A stretch of 64,000 nucleotides of DNA from Macrostomum lignano (lineage: Eukaryota), in assembly GCA_002269645.1 (NCBI GenBank), contig NIVC01001389.1, forward strand, positions 62,001 through 126,000, given 5' to 3'. The notes beneath the pieces are model-generated. The model did not search any database and was not told the DNA's origin. It saw nothing but the letters and a program-made list of their open reading frames with translations. The position numbers and the translations under genes were made by a program. Shown here in pieces: positions 12,201 through 23,346 of the stretch (position 1 is the first letter of the stretch; the number at the start of each line of letters is the position of its first letter).

Positions 12201-13557
12201 GTGAGCGCACTGGCCGGTCGAACCTGCTTTTAAATTTAATTGTGACGGTTCCATTTGCAGAATACGAGCGTAAAAATTTCTTTTGTCCAGGGGCATCGCC
12301 ATGGATTTTATGGTGCGGGGGGACAAAACCAAGAGTTCTACATGCACAGGACTAAATTCCTACATGTAAATTATTTTGAGAATCGGCGTTGTTAAGCACT
12401 CATTATGGCGCCACAGGCACTCATTTTGACGCCCTGAAGCAAAATTATTGATTTCCACAACGGCTCACAAGGTCGGGTGGGGGGACAAATGATTGGCGTG
12501 TCTTGGCCCCCATAGCTTTTACTGGGGCGGGGGGGGTGTCCCCCGTCCCCCCCCCCCCCCCCCGGTGGCGACGCCCTGTTCTTGTCCATGTCTGAGTACC
12601 TGCCGCACTGCAAATCTCCTCCCCGACAGAACAGCGACGCCGTATCTCAGCGAGACGTGAAGCTGACGGTGCTGCAGAAGCGGCTGGCCAGCGCCAAGAC
12701 CGAACAGGATCGCGTCATCCTCAGCTTCCTCATTCGGGAGCTTGAGACTGTGAGTTTGGAGAATGTATAAAAATACTAATTTTGTAACGTCAAATTTCCT
12801 TAGGCGTCAATGCGACTTTCGTTGATTCGAACAATTCAGAAAAACGCCAAGATCGCTCAAGTGTTCGATGACATCGTGAGAAAGTCGCTGACGGATCCCA
12901 GGCTGGCGCGCTATTTGAGGATGATCCGCTTCAGGCTGAACAACTTCGACTGCCACCACAGCGTGGTTGACGAGATTAACGAACGATGCTTCAATCTTGG
13001 ACAGGTAAGAACGGTATTTCATGTTAGGGACATCTAATGGCTCTGGATTCGACTTTTGATTCCTTTAAGTCGATGAGGGCCAATGATCCCAAAGACACAG
13101 AGTAGGTACAACACCCGAAAGACGAGTGTTTGCAACCTGGAGTACTGAGGTTTGCAACCTGGAGTAATGAGGCTTGCAACCTGGAGTACTGAGGCTTGCA
13201 ACCTGGAGTAATTAGGAGTACTGAGGTTTGCAACCTGGAGTACTGAGGTTTGCAACCTGGAGTAATTAGGAGTACTGAGGTTTGCAACCTGGAGTACTGA
13301 GGTTTGCAACCTGGAGTACTGATGCTTGCAACCTGGAGTACTGAGTACCACCTGCTTCGATCCTCGCTGAGCATGCAACAGCACCTGAAAACCCTTAGAT
13401 CGAATAGCTGCCCAAACCCGAATGAACCCTTCTGTTTCAGACCGAGGAGGCGCTGCGCCACGTCTACAAGGTGGTCAACCTGTGCGAGTCCCGCGTGCCA
13501 ACCGACAGAATTGTGGCCGCGGTGCGCGAGATCTGCGGCGATAATTTCCGGCTATGA
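9283..13557 (+). CDS. LGMN: Legumain / asparaginyl endopeptidase (peptidase C13)
   Basis: Exons 9283-9474 (signal peptide, [18 protein letters not shown]), 10218-10315 ([15 protein letters not shown]), 10406-10487, 10582-10722 (catalytic DHG), 10805-10937 (catalytic [11 protein letters not shown]), 11821-12029 ([13 protein letters not shown]), 12123-12200, 12630-12749, 12840(or 12804)-13004, 13441-13557 ([13 protein letters not shown], stop). All GT-AG and phase-consistent. Confidence 0.97.
9546..9845. repeat. 15-bp minisatellite (CCCCTGGTGCTGGCG) in legumain intron 1
   Basis: About 20 near-perfect copies. Confidence 0.95.
11290..11778. repeat. 42-bp minisatellite in legumain intron 5
   Basis: TTGATCCAGGAGTGCGTAGCTTCTTAACAAGCTCGCTTAACA repeated about 11 times. 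Confidence 0.95.
12288..12578. mobile_element. MITE-like element (hAT-like) in legumain intron 7
   Basis: Inverted ends CAGGGGCATCGCCA / TGGCGACGCCCTG; imperfect 8-bp flanks CTTTTGTC / TTCTTGTC; related copies at about 14428-14616 and 16818-17140. Confidence 0.65.
13128..13345. repeat. 22-bp minisatellite (GAGGTTTGCAACCTGGAGTACT) in legumain last intron
   Basis: Direct inspection. Confidence 0.9.
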
Positions 13558-14042
13558 TGGAGAACAATCGGCCTCTCCAGTGACGATTAACAATTCGAAA
13601 TAATCATTTCTGATGATAATTCTTCGGCTCGAATATCCAGATCAAGCAACCGATGCATGCATCTTCACGGCTCATATACAATACATGTAGCTATTCATGA
13701 TGCTGTATGTGCATTGATTGATTCCCTGCAATCCTGTTTTTCCCGCTCCACAAGTTGAAAGAGGTAAAATTTGTAGACAATTTATGGAAATCTTCTCGCT
13801 CACTCTTTTCATTCGATGTCTTTGTTATTTTTTCTGCCAAATCGATTGCTTTCTATTTTTGATTGCTGCATGTGGGTTTCCTTTGGTGTTAATTACGAGT
13901 AATAAACTCGCAGCCACAAAGGCCAAAAAGCTACGGCTTTCGATTTGATTTTTTATGCTTAAAACTTTCTCTCGTGGTCCAAGGACAGACATTTTTCTAA
14001 CTTGCTTTCGAATTCAATGGGAAAGTGAGTCACCTGAGGCAG

Positions 14043-14339
14043 CTATGTGAAAGCTGCATGCCAGCCAGATAAGCGATTCCTGCACACGCGGGTCGTCAAA
14101 AGGGCAAAAATATTCCACGATCGAAACGTCCTTTGATGAAATATCTTTTTGCCAAAGCCTAATGTTCTTACAGCAAAGGTCGCAGCTCGGGCTTTGTGCA
14201 GTTGGACCAACAGGGTCGGTGTTCCACGATTTTTATTTCCAGTCGCAAAGTTGACTTTAATGAGTTCATTTGCGAGTTCCAATGGCAACTTTTGACACCA
14301 TAAAGCAAATACAAAACATGTAACAGGCATTGTCATCAT
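14043..14339 (-). mobile_element. Possible hAT transposase C-terminal (dimerisation domain) relic
   Basis: Translation contains LWCQKLP and RSWNIFALLTTRVCRNRLS, resembling the hAT dimerisation-domain ER.WS.F...T..RNRL motif. Confidence 0.4.
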
Positions 14340-14427
14340 TCTGTACTTTCATGACTTGTACATTATGTTGAAATGGATGTACATGCGCACTACGTGCAAC
14401 TCCACTTTGTTTTATAAACCAACCTCA

Positions 14428-14616
14428 AGCGCGTCGCCACCGGGGGGACAAGGGGAGGGCATGTCCCACCCAGTAAAAGCTATGGGAGGGGACATGCATA
14501 TTCTTTGTCCCCCACCCCACCTTATGACTCGCTGTGGCAATCAATATTTTTTCTTCAAGGCGCGCTATGTCAAGGCGCCAAACTATAGCGCCTCCGGCGC
14601 CAAAATGAGTACCCCG
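14428..14616. mobile_element. Partial inverted copy of the MITE family seen at 12288
   Basis: GCGTCGCCACCGGGGGGACA..GTAAAAGCTATGGG..GTGGCAATCAATA..GGCGCCAAAATGAGTACC is the reverse complement of the internal blocks of 12288-12578. Confidence 0.65.
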
Positions 14617-15117
14617 TGGGTTTACCTCTCTGCTAAGTTCAAGTTAGGGTAATATTATCTATCAAAAAAATAATTTCGTGCGTCGCAGCAAGGTTCGAGA
14701 ATCAGAGTGCAATTTTAAACGACTCCGATTAGATAAACGGGTTGACAAGCTTCGCATTTTAAATGGCTGTTTACATTTTGTTCCACGGGCATACAGTAAT
14801 GCAATGTATAAGCTTACATGTAGTCATGACAAACATGCTTTAATGAAGGTTTGCACTAAAAATATCAATGACTCTTCATCAGCGTTTATAATTAACTCCG
14901 TACTTGGAATAGATAATATCAAAATGCTACTTTATATGGGTCACATGTGCATACATGTTTATCTGAATGTATGTACGCTCGTGTCTATATTCAAAAACGG
15001 TTTATTGGTACAGTACTGCTGAATGCAGGAGTTGATGCTCCGTTAATCTAAAAAATGAGATATTTTTTTACCGGCAAAGTAAATTTTGGTATACATACAT
15101 GTGCACGTACTGCTAAC

Positions 15118-16395
15118 GTATTAGTCTCCCCAAGGTGTATTAGTCTCCCCAAAGTGTATTAGTCTCCCTAAAGTGTATTTGTCTCTCGAAAGTGTATTAG
15201 TCTCCTCAAAGTGTATTAGTCTCCCCAAAGTGTATTAGTCTCCCCAAGGTGTATTAGTCTCCCCAAAGTGTGTATTAGTCTCCCTAAAGTGTATTAATCT
15301 CCCCAAAGTGTATTAGTCTCCCCAAAGTGTATTAGTCTCCCCAAAGTGTGTATTAGTCTCCCTAAAGTGTATTAGTCTCCCCAAAGTGTATTAGTCTCCC
15401 TAAAGTATATTTGTCTCTCGAAAGTGTATTAGTCTCCCCAAAGTGTATTAGTCTCCCCAAGGTGTGTATTAGTCTCCCTAAAGTGTATTAGTCTCCCCAA
15501 AGTGTATTAGTCTCCCCAAAGTGTATTAGTCTCCCCAAGGTGTATTAGTCTCCCCAAAGTGTGTATTAGTCTCCCTAAAGTGTATTAGTCTCCCCAAAGT
15601 GTATTAGTCTCCCCAAAGTGTATTAGTCTCCCCAAGGTGTATTAGTCTCCCCAAAGTGTGTATTAGTCTCCCTAAAGTGTATTAATCTCCCCAAAGTGTA
15701 TTAGTCTCCCCAAAGTGTATTAGTCTCCCTAAAGTATATTTGTCTCTCGAAAGTGTATTAGTCTCCCCAAAGTGTATTAGTCTCCCCAAGGTGTGTATTA
15801 GTCTCCCTAAAGTGTATTAGTCTCCCCAAGGTGTATTAGTCTCCCAAAGTGTGTATTAGTCTCCCTAAAGTATATTTGTCTCTCGAAAGTGTATTAGTCT
15901 CCCCAAAGTGTATTAGTCTCCCTAAAGTGTATTAGTCTCCCAAAGTGTATTAGTCTCCCCAAATTGTATTAGTCTCCCCAAATTGTATTAGTCTCCCCAA
16001 AGTGTATTAGTCTCCCAAAGTGTGCATTAGTCTCCCCAAGGTGTATTAGTCTCCCCAAAGTGTGCATTAGTCTCCCCAAGGTGTATTAGTCTCCCCAAAG
16101 TGTATTAGTCTCCCCAAGGTGTATTAGTCTCCCCAAAGTGTATTAGTCTCCCCAAGGTGTATTAGTCTCCCCAAAGTGTATTAGTCTCCCCAAAGTGTAT
16201 TAGTCTCCCTAAAGTGTATTAGTCTCCCCAAAGTGTATTAGTCTCCCTAAAGTGTATTAGTCTCCCCAAAGTGTATTAGTCTCCCAAAAGTGTATTAGTC
16301 TCCCTAAAGTGTATTAGTCTCTCGAAAGTTTATTTGTCTCCCCAAAGTGTATTCGTCTCCCCAAAGTGTATTAGTCTCCCCAAAGTGTATTAATC
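15118..16395. repeat. 19-bp satellite (GTGTATTAGTCTCCCCAAA), about 1.3 kb
   Basis: Direct inspection. Confidence 0.97.
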
Positions 16396-16817
16396 CCCCC
16401 GTAGCAACCCAGCCCAATAAAAAGATTGTAGCTCTTTGCACTTTTATAGACTTCTGCAACGGTGCAGTCTTCTCAGTCGCATGTTTTTTTTACTAATTTT
16501 GCGAGCGATGAGCATGCTCAAAATACAATACAGCCTACAAATTTTGTACTATGTACTTTAGTACATGTACAGTACAAGTACATGTACACTGGACTCAACT
16601 GCAAGCTTGTTAGAAATAAAACGAAGTCTTTAACATCAATCTTGTACACCACATAATAGGATATAATAAAAAGGATCCCTATATTTCTGCATACAGAACA
16701 CAAAACTACTTGACTTAAAATTGCTTAATTCCCAATTGTCGCATGTATTCGTGGCAGGAAATTTTTTATTTGATAGATTATATTGCCCTAAACTTAAACT
16801 TGGCAGAGAGTTAAACC

Positions 16818-17140
16818 TAGGGGCGAACTCAGGGGATTTTATGGTGGGGGAGGACAATGCCAAGAATTCAACATACACATGTACATGACTAAATTCCTAC
16901 ATGTCCATTATATTGAGAATCGGTGTTGTCAGCGCCCATTTTGGCGCCGCAGGTACTCATTTTGGAGCCGAGGGCGCTATATTTTACGCCCTGAAGACAG
17001 ATTATTGATTGCCACAACGGGTCAGAAGTTGGGGTGGGGGGGGGGACAAAGCATTGACATGTGTTCCCATAGCTTTTACAGGGAGGGGGACATGTCCCCC
17101 CTGTCCCACCCTGTCCCGCCTGTTTACGCAGAGGGCCTGG
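16818..17140. mobile_element. Third copy of the MITE family seen at 12288
   Basis: Shares GACTAAATTCCTACATG, GAGAATCGG, ACGCCCTGAAG..ATTATTGAT..CCACAACGG and CCCATAGCTTTTAC blocks; starts TAGGGGCG. Confidence 0.7.
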
Positions 17141-20100
17141 TGGCAGCCACGCCTTTGTTGTGTACCTATAGAAAACCACGGATCCCGCTTGTTTAGTTCG
17201 AGGGAACTTGGCCCCTGATCGGTTACACCACAAGCTGCCCACTATCAACAGCTGATGAGGGAGTGTTCCATAAAGGTGAACGACCGGTTTGCATCAATAG
17301 AACACAGTTTAGAGTCTCCAGTGAAAGTTTTAAATCCGATCCTGATCCTGAAATTTGAATCCGGCTGACTGGCCAGTCCGCTCAGCTTCAGATAAGATAG
17401 AATCTGCAATCCGGCCATCTTTCAAGTAAAACTCAAATCGAATTAAAGTTTCGAAGTATAGTAAACTATTATTATAGGCAAATGTATAAATATTATGGAC
17501 TTATTATAATTTTAGCGCATTAAAGAATTTGAAGAAACGAATAATGTTTTCGGAGTTTGTTAACATGCAGAAGGGGTCAACAGCCTTAAAACAAATTCTT
17601 TTCTCGGCGCACAGCTTTCTTAGAAGCGAGATTATTCAGCGAAGCGAAATGGGTGCATGCATAGTAACACAAAAATGAAAGAACAAACTAACTAACCACT
17701 TGATGTTTGAGATAATGTAAATTCGTGTAGGCAGTGAGTTGTTTATTTACTTTGAAAAGATGCAATGACTAAAATAAAATCAAATTTATTTATCTTTTTT
17801 GCACTCTTGATATACACAAAGGCCTACTAGTACTAGGCTAGGTAAAGGTAGGTCTATATTATATTCATAACCTAGAACTAGCTAGACCTTGGCTTTTATA
17901 ACTGCTGGAAATTAAAATAATCTGTGAATAAAATATTCATACTTTATAATATAAGCCTAATTTTATGCAGTTACTAGGGCCTAACTGAGTGAGTTAGTAT
18001 TGTTATAAAGGCGCGCCGTTATAAACATGGTTACTATGACCATATAATATAAATGTCAAAATGGTTATTTTTATGGTCAACTATATACAACTTTGTGCTG
18101 TCAAAGTAGGAATTGGACTTGTCAATTTAAAAGATGGTTATCAAAGATTAATTCTTTTCTCTAGATTCTAATTATTTTTATGATTAAGAAACTCCAAGAA
18201 CTGACAATTTTATCTAAAGACTATATAATGATAGCTTAGCAGTTGAATTGGCAAATTTTCTGCCACCAAGCAACCTTAAATGGTTAGGCCTATAGAAACT
18301 TTCTGAAGTTGGTTCAGAACATTTTTTTCTTTAGCTTTATTAGATAAACTAGTCCTAGTTTGGTAGATTTTGCTATCTAGCTACTTGAAACATATAAAGA
18401 AAATATTTCCTCTTTAACTTTTATGATATACTTCTTTGATTCTTTAAAGATTATTTTTTGCCAGTTTTTTAAGCAGTTTAAAACATTAGTCACTAGAATG
18501 TCATAGTATAGACAAACAATAATCAATTCTTTCAAGAGAGAAAAGTATGGTTTTAGTTATTTATCTTTATCTTCAACTTCCAATATTGATATTTGATATT
18601 AAGTGTTTCCTACATTTTATAAATTCCTTTGGGATGTCTTTTGGGATCTTGGTAGTAGGCCTAGAACTTTGAATTTCTTTGGCTGCAAGAAACTAAAGTA
18701 GGCCTAGGCCTAAATCTCTTGCTTTTTTCAATCAGACTCTTAAAGCCCTTAAATCTGAGCTCATTAGTATGTTCTACAAAGTTTATAATGTTCTATAAAT
18801 CTAGATTTCTTTATCAAATGGCATCTATAATCCTTGTCTTGTTACTCTGCTAATTTGTTGATCATCTTTTTTACTTTATGCAGCAGACCAAGTTGCTTTT
18901 TGTTGAATAAAATAAACTCTAGGCAGGAATTGATGCCTTTATACCAATTAATGGTTTGGCCTCCTTTTAATATTTTCAGTACTATAAATTATCTAGTAAA
19001 ATAATGAGGTAAGGGTGGAGAGGATTTAAACTCTTGGGTTGAAGGTCGGCCGAAATTCTTTGAAACCGGTGGCATTGCATTCGCACAAATAAAACCGGAA
19101 AATTGCGCAGATGAATCACAATGGAATTTCTTCTCCTTTTCTCCAACTGCCAGGTTCTCAAGTCCGGGGGGAGGGTAGTCGTAATCGTAGCAGAGCGGTC
19201 GTTTAGCGGCTCGGGTCGTTCAAAGCGATGAAACACCAGAGATTTCTGGCTCCGTAAATTAATGCGCCAATGTGTTGAACTGGTTACTTTCAGTAGGGTA
19301 GTTGCTGCCACCACCGTAATTTACGTATTACGGAACAGATAAGTCTCAGAGCTTTCTTTGAGATGAGAACTTGGTTATTTTATGCCCCATGGGCAAATGA
19401 CTCAATAAATGCTATGGCTTATGTCAACAGATTAAATGATTTGGGACAAAGGTTTATAGGCTTGGTTTATTAATAATAATGCAGGCTTATGTTTAGTAAC
19501 GTTAATATTTCAGACAACGGAGATGTTCACGGGCGCCGGTGTGCTAAATAAACTTAGAAAATAACAAAAATTAAACTTAGTGAACCAAAAGGTAGATCAA
19601 GGAAACAGGGGGGGGAGGCCAAAAGAGTTAGAAAACAACTCATCGTGCGCAGATTATAAATAAAGAGCGAATTGCATGCACATCGTTTGGAAAATAAACT
19701 GGACAGGCCGATGGAGCAAAGTTTCAATGCATGGAAACTTTGGGTGGACGGCTTGCCACTAAGGAAAAAGAAGAAAACTTTAACAAAAATCCATCGCAAG
19801 GGAGCGCGTTTTAGCAACAAGTGGAAAACTAAAAACAGTGGCTAGACGGCCACTTGACAGAAAATGATGCGCCAAAATTCACTGGATGGATACGAAAAGT
19901 CAAAATTAATGTTTCTTGTGCATGCAACTTAGCGTAATGGTTTCATTAAATTTTCATCAGTGGCACTCGACTGCCACAATAATATGATAATATTCCTTTC
20001 AGAATTAATAAAAAGGTGTCCTTGTAGTTTCAGGCTACTAGTTTAGTAAGTTATTTTACATAGATTTTACTAGTTTGAGTTTGGTAAGTTGCTGCCATCA

Positions 20101-21539
20101 GATTCCTGATTTTCTTTAATCTTTTATCCTTTATCCTTAATTTTATTTATTTAGATAATTATAAAGAATAAAATAGGAAACCAAATATTTATATTTGCTC
20201 TAAAGATGTAAAAACAAAAAGGTTATTTAAGCATGCAATAGGTTTACAATATTTAGCCATTAGTTGGTACATACCAACTACAATTAGGCATTGACTACCT
20301 TTTATTGCACTGTTATTGCATTGACTACATTTAACAAATTTATATATATTCTTTATACATTATCCCTAATCTTACCTTTTACACTTTTCTTCTATATGCT
20401 TTTGTGTCTCCCTTATCGAACGAGGCAAAGATTAAATTTTTTTAGACTAGCTTGGCAAGTTTCAAGACTAAAACTTTTATTGAGAATTTCCCTGATTCAT
20501 TCTTTCTTTTCTACACCCTAGAAAATGCCGATACTTCAGCCCTTGGAAGGGCTCTTGTGCAACTTATTATTTTTTAAGTCAAATATTTGATGATTATTTA
20601 GTCCAATTAGCAAGAAGAGCAAAGAATAAAGTAAAACAAATATGGAAAATATACATAAAACAAATAATATTGGGATAGCTTAAAAAGGATTTAAAACTAA
20701 AATAAATTAATTGAAGACTAAAAGTAAAACAAATTTAAACAAATATATGGGTGTAGAAGTAGAAGTACAAACCATTAAAAAGTGTTAAACAAATTGGAGC
20801 AATATAGCAAATAGTGGAATAATTAAAAAGCTACAAATCTAAAAAACAAATAAATACAATAATTTATACAAAATTCTCATTAGAGTTACCTGGTAATGGA
20901 TAAAAAGTTGGAGGTCTCTCTCCCAGAGAGAGGTTTAGGCTTGAGTCTAAGTCAATCCTACTAGCTAATTCATTTATAGTCCTATAACTAATTTTACCTA
21001 ATTTAAAAAAATAATTGACAAACTTGTCGCATACTACTATTACAAAAATGAAGTTTCCATAGTAGGCAGAGCCAAAATTTGAGTGTATAAATATCTATCC
21101 CAGCCTGTACAGTGGCATCAAATGCTGTATCACTCAATGGTGTCAGGTGAGGATAAAGGCTTTGGCCTACCTGGTTAGGGTCTTCAGGCCTGCCATGGGT
21201 TCCAGGTTTAAATTGTCCCCACACCTGAGTGAACTGCAGATTGAGATGAAATAAACCTGGTGAGGCCAATCAAGTTCCCAAGGAAGGCTAGGAATAATCT
21301 TGGATGCCAATCTGTGATTTGGCAAGATTTTTTGCTATTTTGTTTGCTGGGATTTTAACCCCCTAGCAAAGCTTAGCAAACCAAAGCAAAGCCATTTAAC
21401 TAACAGACTATTAGTTAATCTAAGCATTAATCCTTTTCCTCAAGGTAGTGATGACTGGGACCCGGTGACTAGGTCTTAGCCATTCTTTTGTGTCTTCTTT
21501 GAAATTGTGCACTCTGCTGTCTAGGGCTTTTTAAAACTA

Positions 21540-22150
21540 TTTCTTTTCTAAGCTAAGTAGCCAATCTTTAATCATGGGCATCTTGGTGACTAGGTACATG
21601 TAAGATATCTTAATGTAAGGTGAGGCATCAAGCAAGATATGTAAATCTCTTTTTTGAAGCAGTTGAATCCTGTTGACCTGGAAGTCAGACAGGTTTAGCA
21701 GGGCTGGCACACTGTAAGTTATGGCACTCTTGATGTACAACCTGTATATCAGGTGTAACCCATGCTGGGAAATCCTGGAGTTCTTGGTTATCCTGGCTAA
21801 GGCAGCAGCCTTGTTGGTAGTGGCACCAACAACCTTGTCCACATGAATCTTGAAATTAAGATGCTTGTCAAGGACCATCCCAAGGAAGGTGACAGAATTG
21901 TAGTATCTGATACTGCTGTGCCCAAGCTTCACCGGGGGATTGTCTGGACCAGTCTTGTTACCTCTGGCCTTAAAGAAGGAAATTGTTTTGCTCTTGGAGG
22001 TATTGATAGTTATGCCAACAGCATCTAGCCACCTCTTTAGTTGGAGGAAGTAGTCATTCAACCTTTTGGCTGACATAGTAGACTTCCTGGCAGATGCCCA
22101 TACTGACAGATCATCTGCATATTGGCTAATTTTAACTTTATTGTCAATAG
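21540..22150 (-). mobile_element. Degraded non-LTR retrotransposon (LINE) reverse transcriptase, C-terminal part
   Basis: KISQYADDLSVW (YADD at 22110-22121), then GITINTSKSK, VTFLGMVLDKHLNFKIHV, LIYRLYIKSAITYS. A stop-riddled AT-rich extension probably runs to about 23 kb. Confidence 0.8.
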
Positions 22151-23346
22151 GCTTTGGTATTGTGCTAACTTAGATTCTTGAGCCTTTCCCTGAGCCTCAA
22201 CTGCTTGCTAATTATAAGGAAGCCACAAATTTGCAACTTAACCCCAAGAATATTCCCCCTGGCTAAAACTACTGATAGTAGTGTAAAAGTATGCCCTACT
22301 ATAACTTCCTATGTTGAAATTTATATATCATTAAGATGTTGGAGTAGACTTGTAGGTTCCACTGTAAAATTGTATGATGACTGATAAGGGGGCTCTATCA
22401 CCCAACCTTAAAGATAAAATATTTGGTCTCAATCTATGCTTCCTTAGGCTGCTGTGCCTTTTAACCACATTTCATGGTTGTTTGTAGAGATAATAGATGG
22501 CTCAGTTAAAATGTGTGGATTTTCAAATTCAAGTTAATAGGAATCAGACTATACCTGCATTAAGGGAACTGAGGCATCATATTTTCTTGGTTATGAAGGG
22601 TCTATCAGTTTTGCATTTTCAAACAAGTAGATGTCATGTTTTCAGTTATGCAGGCATTTATCTTACACATGACAAAATAGAATATGTCAATCTAATCAGC
22701 AACATATAGCCTTATGCTTGACAATTTGGGAGTTATTATAAATTATTTTGCTATTTATAGTCTTATTTTAATAATTCCATGGCTATAGCTTTTTTTCATA
22801 TTTTAAACTAGTCCTAATCAAGTCCTTGGTTTTCTCATCTAAGGTTTTGATTGCTGTAATAAAAGGGTCCTTGCTGCACTAGGTTCAATTTTTAGAATTT
22901 CCTAACCCAATCAACCTGTGTAAGCTTAGTTTTGTTTAAACTAATAGGGAAACATGGCATACAGAACATTGTTGCAAAACTTCTCCAGTTTGCATAAAAT
23001 AGCTATTTAAACAATTGTAAAATCTGCATGACTGCTCAAATAATATCAAGATGGGAGGTATTCAAAAGTATTCAAAGTAGTATGATAGACCTTTGTGTCT
23101 TATTTTGCATTTAATTTATATAAATGTTACAAAGAATTTTCCCAATGATTTTTGAACCTTCAACTGAATAGTTTTCCTGTGAGTAACTATTCAAGTCTAT
23201 GAATTAAAAATAACCTGGACTTAGAACAATAAAAATGAAAATTGCTGACACCCTGGCCAGCCAATCAAGTAACTTAATAAAGTACACACCGCCAATGCAT
23301 TCAAACAAACGTTACCAGATAAACAAAAAACATTCCAGGCTGCCGA

